The position numbers were made by a program, and so were the translations under genes. From assembly GCA_905331295.1 (NCBI GenBank), contig CAJNYD010000512.1:1-64000 (forward strand): DNA of 64,000 nt. The letters are read 5' to 3'. This DNA comes from Rotaria socialis. Its lineage: Eukaryota. The notes beneath the pieces are model-generated. The model did no database searches. It was not told the DNA's origin and saw nothing but the letters and a program-made list of their open reading frames with translations. This document shows, piece by piece, positions 13,693 to 26,827 of the stretch. The stretch's first letter is position 1, and each line of letters starts with the position of its first letter.

Positions 13693-13802
13693 TATATATG
13701 TCGCATCGAAGTTACACCAGTCGACGAAGTTGTAACTTCGTCAATATCGTCCGACGAAGTTATAACTTCGTCGACCGGTGTAACTTCGATACGACATATA
13801 TA
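13693..13802. mobile_element. Fold-back MITE / near-perfect ~110 bp palindrome
   Basis: TATATGTCGCATCGAAGTTACACCAGTCGACGAAGTTGTAACTTCGTC...GACGAAGTTATAACTTCGTCGACCGGTGTAACTTCGATACGACATATA in TA-repeat flanks. Confidence 0.8.
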
Positions 13803-14119
13803 CACCACTATCAACATCATCGAATGATACCCTTAAAAATTTTGCCGACAAAGAATTCCTATCACGAAAATACGATGATCTAAACAGCTCCTAATGCATT
13901 ATAAACTAGCTTGAACTACGAAAGATTATTAAGAATTTAATATTCGATCCAGCGACAGCCGCTACCTTATTTGAATCAACTTTATTTATTTGTTTAGGAT
14001 CATAACCACTAATAACGTCGTTGTGATACTCCTAAACGCTTTCGAAATACCAGTCACTCGTCAGTTGCTGGTCACTTAGTTTTACTTTTTCAAAAAGTTC
14101 ACATGTTCATTATCTACAA

Positions 14120-14710
14120 TAGACCTCTGTGCAACCCTCTTTGTTTATCAAAACGATGACGAAATGTTTTTGAAAAACTAGACTTAAAATCGAATGACTC
14201 CGCGTCAAAAAATTTCGGTCAAACTTTAAACGAAGTCACTTTTTTCCTAAAAAAACTTTTTCTCTCCCTAAAAAAAGGTAGAAATTGAAACTTCAAAAAT
14301 CTGATCTCCGATTTGACTCCCTCGAGCCCCACAGCATCTGATCAAACTTTATAAGGAAAACTATTTTCTCGAAAAACGTTTTTTTCACTAAAAATGTTCA
14401 GGATCATAAACTCTAAAAATCTCACGCCAGATTACAGTTTCCCGATCCCGATTACCTTCAGTCAACCCTTATAAAAAAAACTAATATTTTCCTAAAAAAA
14501 AGGAAACTACAAAATTTCAAAAAACTAACAACGCCATCGTGTTCCCCGACCCCAGTTACCTTCGGTCAAACCTATCCCTGCAGGATATTGTTTGAGGTTA
14601 GTTAAGTTTATACATCTGCTTTCCTATTGGACGAGCGAACGAACAAACGAACGAACGTATTTAACTCGTTTTTCGTAATACCGCCTCCTTCCAGTAGAGG
14701 GAAAAATAAT
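14120..14710 (-). mobile_element. Probable Helentron-associated (DINE-1/HINE-like) non-autonomous element
   Basis: On the minus strand: T-run plus short inverted repeat, then a (GTTC)n microsatellite (14632-14657), then about four diverged ~110-120 bp tandem units containing GTCAAAC/ATCAAAC. Left boundary approximate. Confidence 0.55.
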
Positions 14711-14735
14711 TTTAATTAAATTTTCTTTTCTTTAG

Positions 14736-16090
14736 AATCTTTGTATCTGTTTATCATGCAAGCTTGTGTTTTGTGATCATATTGAAGAAGATCATATATT
14801 CACGTAAAAAATAATTTTATATAATTAAATTCATAAAAATAATCAAAATCTATTTTTAGTCATTTTATTTCAACAGAACATGCATATATGCAATAAATTT
14901 AAAAGAAAACAAAATTTTTAATCTTTATCTTGATAATTACTGCAATGATTTTATACAACACAAAATTTGTTCACAGAGTCGTTGAATATCCATTTGATGA
15001 TTTCATGCCAAATATGATAGTGAGATTTTTTTTCTCTGCTATATTTTTATTATAAATATCTGTGAGCGTTTCCCTCCTTCTCTCTATATCAATCAATATA
15101 ATTTTAGGTGCATACGCACAATCGTTTTTATTCTTCGAATACCAAAATCAACCATAAAATCTCTCCAAAAAATAGGAGAACATTCCTCCATATAGATACG
15201 CATAACGAGGAGGACAGAGAGCAGCAGATAACAATGTAATGTTGACTGGTGACCTCTCTGTAACAATATCGTTTTAGACTACCCAGGACAATCATTCCGA
15301 CCGCCGAAACGGTCATCTTAACAGACCTGAAATGGCTATAAAATGGTATAATAAGGCGTTAATTTTCACCTTATTTCGCCGTAATCCGTCAGCTCGTTTT
15401 ACGGACCGTTTTTCCAGCTAGAAAACGGCCATCGTTTTTAACAGTATATTCGTCGTTTTCCGAGCTGACGGAAAACGTCGCCGTTTTTCAACGTTTTATA
15501 CCGTTTTTACGTCTTTTACAGCCATTTACGCACCGTTTTATTGGACTTGGGTAGCGATAATGGATCCGAACGTATCGTTGAAAAAGAAAAATTGATCAAT
15601 ATCGAGTTGATTCAAAGTTTTGAAGATTTACGAAATAAAAACAAAAGTTTATCAACAGCTATTGATGGTTTATCGCAAGAGAAGAAAAAGCAAGACAAGC
15701 AACTTAATGAACTTCAACAATATTTAGCTAACGAAAGAATAACAAACAAACAATTAGAAAATCGCTTCGATAAAAGTCAACAAGAGTTAAATAAATTAAA
15801 ATACGATGTTAGCGAACAGAGATGTATGAATCAACAATTAATTCAAAAACAAAATGATCTTGTTGATCAAATGAAAAAACAAGAGAAGGTTAAAAAGTTT
15901 TTTGTCTTAAATACATTATTCTGATACCTGTTCTTTTTAGGAATTGAACGCACTTCATGATCACGTTAATGATTTAATTTTCCATCTTGAGGGTGCAGAG
16001 AAGCTCCAACTTGAAGCAACATCAGGTGAATTTGCAACTAGTCAAATTGTTATTACTTACAAACCAAAACAAGCTCATCGTCGAAAATGA
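14736..16090 (+). pseudogene. BRAP-like (zf-UBP plus coiled coil) divergent gene, MITE-interrupted
   Basis: Exons NLCICLSCKLVFCDHIEEDH and TCIYAINLKENKIFNLYLDNY resemble the BRAP zf-UBP (NLWICLICG..C..H / HTYAMQL..RVWDY.GDNY). Coiled coil at 15555-15888; last exon ELNALHDHVNDLIFHLEGAEKL...KQAHRRK* resembles the BRAP C-terminus (EQLRDVMFYLE..QK). Start not located. Confidence 0.6.
15282..15551. mobile_element. MITE with CCC...GGG termini and TA TSD, similar to 8188-8477
   Basis: TA-CCCAGGACAATCA ... TTTTATTGGACTTGGG-TA; CCGT/ACGG-rich interior. Confidence 0.8.
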
Positions 16091-17036
16091 ATATGCTTCG
16101 TACTTCTTTTTTCCTCCAGTTAATTATGTTGTCTATGACTTGTCTAATATTTTTTGTTAGAGAAAATATAATTAATTGATCGAATGAAATAAAACCATAC
16201 TGTTAAAAAATGAAATCCTGAAATCAATAGTTCAACATACATATTTTACTTAAAACAGTGTTCTATAAGAAAAAAACATAACTTTAATCGAGTAATAAAA
16301 CTATTTATAGATTATAGTAATTGGTGGCTTTATATAAAGGAAAGTACAATTAGATGTACTCTGAAATGTTAACAAGTATTTTCTCATTTCTCTAATATTG
16401 TTCATGTATCATTCGTATTAAGATATTAGTATCAGATGACTAAGTAATCAATCATTAGTATAATCGCAACTAGAATCGTTGTCGTTTCTGCCGAAAAGCT
16501 TCTTTTCCGTTGTTTTGTTCAAGGCATGCCTTGAACAATAATGAATGATTTTTAGTTTAATAAGAAGAAAGAAAAATAATTCGAAAGAATTATTAGTTCT
16601 CATGTGTAGTGCCACGTATTGTTGTTGATAATTTAAGAGGTGAACTATATTGCGTAATCGATTTAGCATCGACAAATTTATCACACAATTCATATTCAGT
16701 CGATATCAATGCGCGAATAAACTTTCAAGTAGGTGTAGAAAAATGGAATTTTCGATAAAAATCAATACATAAAAATGTTAACTAAGAAAAGAAATGAGAT
16801 GATCGATAGATATGGGTGTGTTTGATGTTTTATTCATCAATAATACCTACACTCACGTCCTATCGTCGTAGCGGTTGCTAATCTTTCATTGAAGCCCAAA
16901 TTGTATCCGATTCTAGTACTTTCACTGAACCAGTGAGTGATTTATCAGTGCCGATCAGTATCTGCTTTAGAATATATATATATGTTAAAGTTTCTTTGTG
17001 TATTCACCAGATATTTTTTAAATTATCAGAAAAAAA

Positions 17037-20000
17037 TGACGAATCAATCAATAGTACTACTCATTAGTATCTTTTATCTGTTAAAAATATCAACAGTTGT
17101 TGGTAATAATGATATTACCCACGGAAACAAAATTTCGAAAAAATCGCGGTCAACCGCGGGATTTTATTGTACTTGCGGTTCTCCCATGATGCACCGTGGT
17201 GTCCTAGAAAAAACGCGGTTTTGTACACCGCGTTTCAAAGAGAACGCGGTGCGCCTCCCTGGTACCGCGGCATCACATTACGTGCTTGAAATTTTTAGTA
17301 CCTGGGCGACCTTTGATTAGGTTCGGAGTATATCTTCATAAATGTGATATGAAGTCTTTTCCACACTCAAAAGATTTTTCAAGAAAAACCGCGGTATCGT
17401 AAGCCGCGTTGGACTCGATTGTAAGTGCGGCAATTTTCAACGCGGTTAGTTGCAGTGTCATAAACCGCGTTGAACTAAATGGCGAACGCGGTAATTTCCA
17501 TCGCGATTGGTCACTGCATTAGCGCTACAGCGAATATTTACAAGTATTGTCTTTACGTAATTTGTACGATACTTAGCTTGTTATTACAACAGTGNATTTT
17601 GAGTACCTGGGCGACCTGTGATTAGGTTCGGAGTATATCTTCATAAATGTGATATGAAGTCTTTTCCACACTCAAAAGATTTTTCAAGAAAAACCGCGGT
17701 ATCGTAAACCGCGTTGGACTCGATTGTAAGTGCGGCAATTTTCAACGCGGTTAGTCGCAGTGTCATAAACCGCGTTGAACTAAATGGCGAACGCGGTAAT
17801 TTCCATCGCGATTGGTCACTGCATTAGCGCTACAGCGAATATTTACAAGTATTGTCTTTACGTAATTTGTACGATACTTAGTTTGTTATTACAACAATGT
17901 ATAAGAACAGAAAGGATATCGTGTGCACTTTACTATCTGTAACGTATTATAAAGTTTAATATGAACTTTGTCGCTGCAAGGCGACTTTGAAGTATTGGAA
18001 CTTATAGTTCACTACACTACCCCATGAAGGGTAACTCACCTGAGCATACCGAAGTGCTCAGGTCACCTGTAAAATGCGGTATTCTGAAACCGCGATTATC
18101 ATCGACTTTTCTGCGTTTTTTTAAAACCGCGTCTGATCGTGTCTTGGGGAATTCGCGTACTAACGCGTTTAAAAAACCGCGGTTTTCAGCGGTTTTTTTA
18201 GGGGCGCCTAAAAGGTCTGACTCCCGCGTTTTCCAAATACCGCTTGAAACCGCGTTTTTTTAATGAAATTTTTTTCGTGGGTATCGGTAAGAATAATTTC
18301 AATTAATTGGCACATTCATGTAAAATCCTCATAATTGTAAATGAACTTACATATTGCAACAGTTAATATTTGTTCATCATAGAGAAGGCGAATGAATCAG
18401 AATTTCTTTTACAGATGCTTTTTTTCATCTTGACAAACTCTTCAACTTTGTAGAGTTTTTATATTTATGATTTCAACGGTTAAAATAAATTGATGTCATT
18501 AGGAAATAGAAGAAATGTTTCCGAAGTATTTAATACTCATAGTTCTTGTCAAAAAGTATCTCTGTTTAGTGATATACTTTCATGTCTCAACTAGAAACGT
18601 TTTACTTTGAATATTGCAATGGAGTGCATGAGTGTCAGGACATTCGAAATACCCTAAAAATAGTGTTTTTACATCATCTTTCAAGCTCTGGTTATATGTA
18701 ACCCATCACTTGAAAAGAAAGGCGTCGAAAGAAAAAGTACTCTTTCAGATTATCTGCAAGGCACTTTATGAAAGTTTCTTGTGCACCGTGAAACAAATAA
18801 GAGCAAGAAGTGTTTTTTCCTTTCTCTACGTATATCTTGAGAAAAATTGTTGGTTTACGGGCTTGCCGACGTAAAAAATGTCATCGTCTTATTTATAGTT
18901 CAAGCTACATCGAGACTTCCGTAACGATTTATTGGTTGACTGAGGTAGCTCAGACTGTACTTTATTTTCTGAAATAGTGCTATATGTGATTTTACCTATC
19001 GACATAAATAGTTTTGAAACATTTTAAGTATATGATAAAATTTTGTTATCTCGTCAAAGTTAAAATGTGCAAATTGTTGTTCGGAATTGAACTTTCTCCA
19101 ATGAGCAATCCTGATATTCTAGCCTTTTCAAATGATATCGAAACACAAAGCAAGTCTCTTAACGGCGTCGATGATAATACTAAACCAAATGAAAGAACAA
19201 CGCTTGATTGATTGTGCACAATTTCGACGTGATTACAATATTTTGAAATCATGTCATTGAACTAACAATTTATAACGAATCTTTCGTTCCGTTAAATGTC
19301 TATTGTCTGAAAAATTTAAATAAGTTAACTATTCAAAATACGGATTTCTATCAAGATGGCTTAGATGATCAAACTATTCGACCAATTTCATCAGAAATCG
19401 GAAAATTATCGTTGCTTCGTACATTAACGATTAATAATTGCCCGGTAGGACGTTTGCCTGACGAGATCGGACAACTTCTTTTGTTGACAGAGTTGACGAT
19501 TATCGGTAGTAATTTGAAATAAATACCTAATGTGATTGAAAATCTATCACTACTTCAAGTCTTGAGATTATCTAATAACCAGTTGATATCATTGCCATCG
19601 AATATTTCAAGATTAAGACGCTTAAAAGCATTATGGTTAGATAGTAATAGAATGACATCACTACCATCGGTAATGTCATCTCTAACAGGATTGAATACAC
19701 TATATTTACAATCAAATCCGCTCACATCAATTGATGAATTAAATAGCTTATCTGGATGGCAACGTTTGTATGCTAGCCGTTGCAAAATAAAGTACCTCTA
19801 GTTACTTTGAACATGGCATATAATAATTTGATAGATTTATTTGGTATTGGCTCTTTGGGAAGATCATCTGGGTGGAAAACGTTTGATTTTAGTTATAATG
19901 AACTTGATTTGATTCCACCAGAAATTTACAATATTTTTCAGTAAAGCATAACAATTTCACACATTTACCTAACGAAATATACTATTTGCAAAATTTGAAT

Positions 20001-20105
20001 ACTGTGAGTTTGAATATTGGTGAAAATCTTTTCTCTTCAGTCGAATTAAATACAGTTAAAGCAACGATTGTCAATAGGTTACGGAACGTGAGAGTAACTT
20101 ATTAA
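17037..20105 (+). pseudogene. Secreted leucine-rich-repeat protein pseudogene
   Basis: Signal-peptide-like MTNQSIVLLISIFYLLKISTVVG exon split by a TE. LRR units (SEIGKLSLLRTLTINNCPVGRLPDEIGQL; LQVLRLSNNQLISLPSNISRLRRLKALWLDSN) with an in-frame TAA at about 19520 and a frame break near 19800. Confidence 0.8.
17118..18281. mobile_element. Non-autonomous TIR element with TA TSD and CCGCG-rich interior
   Basis: TA-CCCACGGAAACAAAATTTC ... GAAATTTTTTTCGTGGG-TA; many ACCGCG/CGCGGT subterminal motifs; contains an N at 17595 with a ~300 bp duplication around it. Confidence 0.9.
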
Positions 20106-22487
20106 TTATAATTGGTAACTGTATGCAGTTCAATTGCCTTCTGCAATGAGCAAGGTTTTTTTTGTTATTTTATTTCATTTTATAAAAAAAAGGCAGGTTT
20201 CGTAATTTAAAGGCTCATGTTAAATATATGAATTGAAAGAGCATCAATAAAACTGTACTGAGTGTCAAATTGAAAACGATGCTTTAGTAAAACTGTTACA
20301 ATCAACAACAGGCTAAAATATGAAGTTGTTCAAGTGGAAACAACGTTGTAGACTTCACGATACTTCTTATGATACAAAATTACATTTGATATAACACAGC
20401 TCTAAGGGAAAAAGAGAAGTAGTGCGTGATTGCCACCGATTTCCGCTTGCTAAAATACTGTGGCAATTAGAGAGCAAAATAATCCTGGAGCGAGTGTTCA
20501 AATAAAGAAGAATTTATCCTTTCAATTATTGCTTCTTGAAGTTATATAATTTCCCTAGATGCCACTGATTTGGAACGATTCTCTTACTTTCCTATTTCGG
20601 TTCAGTATTTTCGAGAGGAGTTTTGTCGGTCTCGCAGAGTATCAGCCTGAACTTTATAACGAGTTTCCAAAACTCATGAGAAAAACATCCACATAATATT
20701 CAAGATCTGAAAGTCTCATTAGAGATGAAGGAGCAACATGCGATCCCAATCGACACATACTAGTAAGATGAAGTCTGCACACACGAGAGCGCCTTATAGG
20801 ATCTATGAACTTTTTGTTATTAATTCTTAACAATGTAATTATGTACATCAAACACTTATACACTCAAATTAGTAACTTTGTAAGTTTTCGAAAGCAGAAA
20901 GTTTCATTAATATGAATGTTATTTTCATCGTAATACCTTTTCGAAGTTTTCAGCGATCTATTATTAGACTTAAACTCGACGAGTCTGTAATTTCAAGATA
21001 GGAGAATCAAAAAAGTTCATGTCTGAATGGCCTATAAAAAACATATGCGCCTTAGCACTCAACAATTCAAAGGGCGCAATAAGTTTGTTTCAATACCATG
21101 CAGAGGATTTCAACAAGCGATACAGGCTTTGTAAAAACAATGTCTTTAATTTACTCAGTTATTTTCAGACAACATAACAGCTTTATAAATGGATTGGAAA
21201 AAAACGATCTCATATTATCATTCTAACTAATTTTAATAGAATATAAGTAAATATATGAACTAAGACCTGTTAGTTTAGCAAATTTTTTAACGCTATCTGT
21301 ACAAATATTTGTTTTCAATTTGATTACCTCAGTCTACAAGACAAAAGCTTGCTACGAAGAAGGTGAAATAGTTATGACTAATCACATTACAATGAGTCGA
21401 GGGAAACCGATTTTCGTACATTTTATTGTATCAACAAGAATAGAGAAATTCTTGAAACTTTGGCACATTATGATGCATGCCAAGTACTAGCGAGTCTTAT
21501 GTATATTGATTTTACTATGAATGAGAACCAATAACAAGCTTGCCATGCACTATGTTTTCAGTCGCAAAAATTCGACATAAAAATATTAGAAGAAATTTTA
21601 TTTCCGAAGTCTCTCTAGTCAACACGTGTCAAAACCAGAAAATTTTCTTTTCTACGCATCTCTTTAATATGGATATATAAAGAACAATGTTAGTTTATTC
21701 CGATGATATCAACTCAAACTGCCACACCGACCAACTGCTGAAGATAAAAAAAGGATTTCTCCTACAAAAAATCTTTAAATTCATTTTATGGAGAAAATAT
21801 AGAGGAATAGAGAAAATGAACAAGTCCAATACTTTTATATCTCAACTTTCGATTTATACTTATCATTGAAAACACCAATACTTCATCGAAGCGTTTCCTC
21901 ACCAACTAAAAACAATAATAGATCTTCAATAAGAAGTTTTGCGGTAAAACAAATACATTTATGGGCAAAAAATCAAGCTACTTCAGCATTTTCTATTATA
22001 CAAATGAGCAATATCGAACTAATTTTAGTGCACTGATTGAAACGAAATAGCTGTATTAAGAAATGAATAAATAATTCTGCATATATTTTGGGGGAAAAAG
22101 ACCTATTGAAAACATCAAAATTTGGTTAGATTACACTCCATAACAACAGCAAATAAGCGTAACGAACACCAGAGGAAAATTCAGGTATAACTAGTGATGG
22201 TTTTAAGAAAGAACACAGATCGTACAAAAGAGTAGATATATGTGTGCACAGTGAGAAAAAAAAACGAACCATATATGATAATTAATAATCAGATACAACG
22301 TGTTCAATATTTTTTGCAGCTTTTATGGAATGAAAAAAAGAAAAATAATATCAAATACAGACAACAGTACATGCACAATCAAAGATCATATAAAGAGAGA
22401 GAGAGAGAGAGAGAGAGTAAATTGAATATAAGAAAATTAAAGTTACCAAGATCATCGATATATAATTTTTTGTTTTAAGATCACTAA

Positions 22488-23206
22488 TTATTTTCCACTT
22501 GTTTGTTGTTGTTTCAATTGAAGTAAAACACTTCTATAACGTGTTAAATCTTTCTGTGAACGATTATTTTTCGGATTGAATTCACATAAACTTGTTATTT
22601 TATCCCAATCACTGACTTTACCATTAGATGTTGAACTATTACGATTATTAAAAATATCATCTTCTAATGTACGATTATTTGTACGATTTTGGCCTTTCGT
22701 ACGTTCTAATTGTTCGGTCCGTTGTTTATAAAAATCATCTAATTCTTTCCTAGCTTGTTCCTGCATTTCTTTATGTTTGATTTCTTCTTCTGTATCTTTT
22801 TTACTGATACGTGCTGAAAATTCTTCTCTCCATTTTCGAATTTTTTCCGGTTCATTTATTTGTTCACTCAAATCCGATAATCCTTGATAAGGCGAAGTAC
22901 TTGTTGGTATCGAAGAATAACTTCCGCCAACATTTAAATTTGGTGAAACTGCGCCTAAAATGATTTTTATTAAGAGCAAAATGAAATATATAGTTAATAA
23001 TTATTACCATTGAAAACATTATTACGTGTATCAAATGCATTAGCAAATAGATTCGAATCTGTATCGCCTGTAATATCAGCTAATTCACGTTTTTCCCGTT
23101 CGAGAAATTCAGCAGCAGGATCTTCATCATTATAATTGTAAAAGTTGTTTGATGCACCATCACCCATGTTAGTAGCGTCAGTGTTAAATGGATCGTCAAA
23201 AGCCAT
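22488..23206 (-). CDS. Clc: Clathrin light chain
   Basis: DPAAEFLEREKRELA, EPEKIRKWREE, WDKITSLCEFNPK, KDLTRYRSVLLQLKQ motifs; one intron at 22955-23007 (GT..AG). Confidence 0.95.
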
Positions 23207-24460
23207 AATTCAATTTGTAGAAAAGAAAAAACTTTAATAAATGAATAAGCGCAGAATGAGTGATCAATTGAGATTTATCGCTTCCTCAATGATGATTAGC
23301 CTGTTTTTTCTCCGTATATTTTTTATTTGTTTTGTTTATTTGCTCATTTTCTTTTCTTCATCCATCGATACTAAATGAAATCTATCCAATCGAATGAGAA
23401 AATATTTTAGATGTCACTAGACACTAGCAACTGATTAATTTTGTCTAGGATAATTTTATTATGTGATTTACAGAATTGTTCGAAAAAAATGGAATCATAC
23501 TGATAATTGAATTATGATTTATTCTCTGTTCTATTGAAGATGATTACTCAGCACGATAACATGGCCAGCTGTTTTGATGTAAGAAAAACCTCGAACGTGC
23601 CATTCGGTAAGAAACAATCTGAATTGTTGATACTCTATAATCTTTTCTGAGGATCAAGTTTCAAAACAATAATGAATCGGTTTTCTTTTCTATCGAATGA
23701 TAAAAACATACATGCCTTAGCTATGACTCTCCTACTAAGACGTTTTACGAGATTATTCAATAATAATGTCAAGTCGTCAATAGAAAATATATTCTTTAGA
23801 AAGTTTCATAGAATTAATTACATTTAATAGCTATGCTTATAACGCTACACCTATCATCTTAAAATATTTTCTTTAACTTCGATCTTTGAAGGACAATCGA
23901 CGAATTATATACGGTTATTCAAATTTTAACTTACATATTCTGGAAGATATTTTTTGAAATCTTTATCCTCGTAGAAGAATGACTATCATACAAAAAGCAT
24001 ACTATTAAAATATAACCTTTATTTTGTGCCGACGTATAAAAAGAAGCAAGAAAGCAAGATCTCATTCAATCATCAGGTGATAATCCTCAGGATCAAAATG
24101 CGTTTTGATTTTATTCATACGACATAGTGTTCTAGTAAAATCATGAATAGGCTATTGTGGAAGTTAGTACTAATTAAAACGCTTTTCCTAATTTTTCTTC
24201 ATTTTTTAATTATTCAATCAATGGTTTGAATTCAACGTTAACTGAAGAAAAGTTTTTCTACATAGTAAATTATTTGTATTTCCCATGGTTGCAATTAGAT
24301 AATATCAATAACGGTTAGTAGTTTTTTTAATTGAAAAATATATTTATTTGCCATTTAACAATAATTTAAATTAAAGTAACAATTCTATGAAATCATAGCT
24401 GGAAGAGTAAAATTAATGGACAGAAAGAAAGAAAAACCGAAAAAATTCGAATTTATATGT

Positions 24461-25948
24461 CTATTGCTTGTCGTGTTGCTTCGTTGATTCATCTTCTCCG
24501 ATTACATATTTATTTGGATCATCAGGTTTATTTTCAAGACCTTTATAAAATTTATTTTCAGCATCAGGATCTGTTTCGCATGCTTTAAAATAATTCTCTT
24601 CGCCAACAAAACAGATCTAAATAAAATAAATAATTATTTCAATCGAACTGAAAGTACAAAACGATAAATAAGTATGCTATTGGTTTCATAATAAAAGTGA
24701 AATTCAATATACAACGATATCTTCATACTCATGAGTCTCTAAATTATCAAAGAGCGTTTCTTAATTTTCATAAATAAACACTTCACTATCAACATCAAAT
24801 ATTTCTTGTAAAATAAAATACAATCAGCAGTGTCAACTAAGAAAAACAAAACATTTCACGTCGATTTTTCATTTAGTTCTTAAAAATTAAAATTAACTTA
24901 TTATGTATGTTGCTTATCTTAAATCTCAAGTAGTGCGTCCGTTTTTTGATAACAACATTTTTTACAATCGCAAAAGAATGTTTCGTTGAAATGTTTTCTT
25001 TATCGTTCGAAAGGGTCGATGAAAAAAACAAGGACTTTTTTATGATTCACAATTAAAAATCTCTCGTAGTTTTTTATTTATCAACTTCAGTTTTACCTCA
25101 TGTTCATCGGGATCCGATAGAATAACAACTTTAACTTTCGAATCAGGCAAATCACCTAATTCCATAGACGGTACTAAGATCGTATGTTCGTTGTTTTCTA
25201 TTAGTTTTTCTATTGATTCAACATCACTTATTGGACAAGAAAATGCTTTTCGACCATAACCAGTTCCACGATTAATAGGAGTTTCAACTTGAATCAATTC
25301 CAGTTGACACTGATTATCGAGAAGAAAACCAGCTTTTGTTTTAACATGCGAATCTTGATTTGTTGTTGTTAAACCATAATAAAGTTTCACGTGATTATCA
25401 TCGGATTCCTTCTCATTTATTTTCATTTCTAATAAACGTGTATAATAATCAACAGATTTCTTTAAATTAGATACGTTTAATGATAAACATTGCACAGGAT
25501 TACCACCAGGAGAAACATCGTCATTAATTAATATGAATCGATGACCATCCGGTGAACGTACGATTATTGATTGTGAATTATCTGTTTCAATAAATTTTTT
25601 ATCGAGCAGTTGACGTGCATTCCCCACAGCTTGTCGATTACGTATTGTCACTGAGGAAAAATCATTTCCGTATTCGTAACCTTCAACATCATAATTATAG
25701 TTTAATTCAAAGACAAAAACAGAATTTTCATTTCCATAACCGACCATCGTTTTTGACCACGGCGATACAAAATCACCATTGCATTGTGCTGCACAGGCAA
25801 AGTCCATTTCTTCATGGCGTAAAATTTTCATACCTAAGATATCACAAAAAAAGTGTCTCACTGCTAAACGATCAGTTATTTTCATTGTAAAATGAAGTAA
25901 ACGTCGATTGTCAGATGTAGATTCTTGAAGTGAACTTCCACTGGACAT
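24461..25948 (-). CDS. GLOD4: Glyoxalase domain-containing protein 4
   Basis: RRLLHFTMKI, LGMKILRHEE, CAAQCNG..WSKTMVGYG.E...FVFELNYNY, GRKAFS, VILSDPDEHE; second exon ICFVGEENY...* at 24616-24461. Confidence 0.93.
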
Positions 25949-26827
25949 GGTTGGATGTTTTACAGGTATAAGACTATAATTGTCTGTTTTGTTTTTGTTT
26001 TAGAATGTGATAAGAGAGTAGCATGTGAAAAATGTGATATTATGAATGTGAGTTTACGGTTGGTCAAAATAAGAACTAATCAAGTGACGGGAACCTTGAC
26101 AGCAGTCAAGGACAGGAGGAATTGAAATAGTGATATCATGTTAGAAAGCACAACATTTTCTATTGGAAGTTTTAAGAAATTGTTGATTGTCTACTTCATT
26201 TAAGTAATGTAGCGAAAGTATTGTAAAATTAAAAAATATAAGTAATGATGCTAGTGTAATATTTATTGATTGTACGTAATCGAACAATATTCTTTCAAGT
26301 ATAATTGTTATATTGCACAATTACACATATTTATAGTGCAATGAAATGATTTATATTTTTTAACCTATTTTGCTTATTGCCTTTTACGAAACGAAGGTAA
26401 CATTTTTGTTTTTTGTTAATGAAAAAAAGTTGTTCTCTATACTTTTTTTTTTCTCCTAAATAATAATCCGTCAAGATCTCTAGCAAACATTTAAAGATGT
26501 TCTTTTAAGTTATAAATTATCTTGAATAAGACTCGGTTGATTTTTGTAAAGAGCTTTGCGTTCATTTCATGTCGGATGCTTCGAAAAGTTACTTGATAGG
26601 AATTGCTCCGTATTAAACTACTTTTGTTTTTTCGAAATCGCCAATCATTATTTTCTGTTAAAATATTTGTGAGGCAAAAAGTTGAATGAGGACTAAATTT
26701 GTTAACGAAAGCGTTGCATGTCTACTGTGACATGCACATCGTTTACATACGAGGTTGCCCTTGAGCAGTAGAACTTAGGCGTTGTTTCATGTGACAGTGT
26801 ATGAATCGATGAAAAGAAGGTTTATTT

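Noticed and set aside
16937..17320. 127-aa ORF as an intact gene
   Set aside because: It is a chimera of the LRR signal-peptide exon reading into the inserted TE.
20640..20870. THAP-like SRVCRLH fragment of a transposase
   Set aside because: A single short motif in a stop-rich context; insufficient support.
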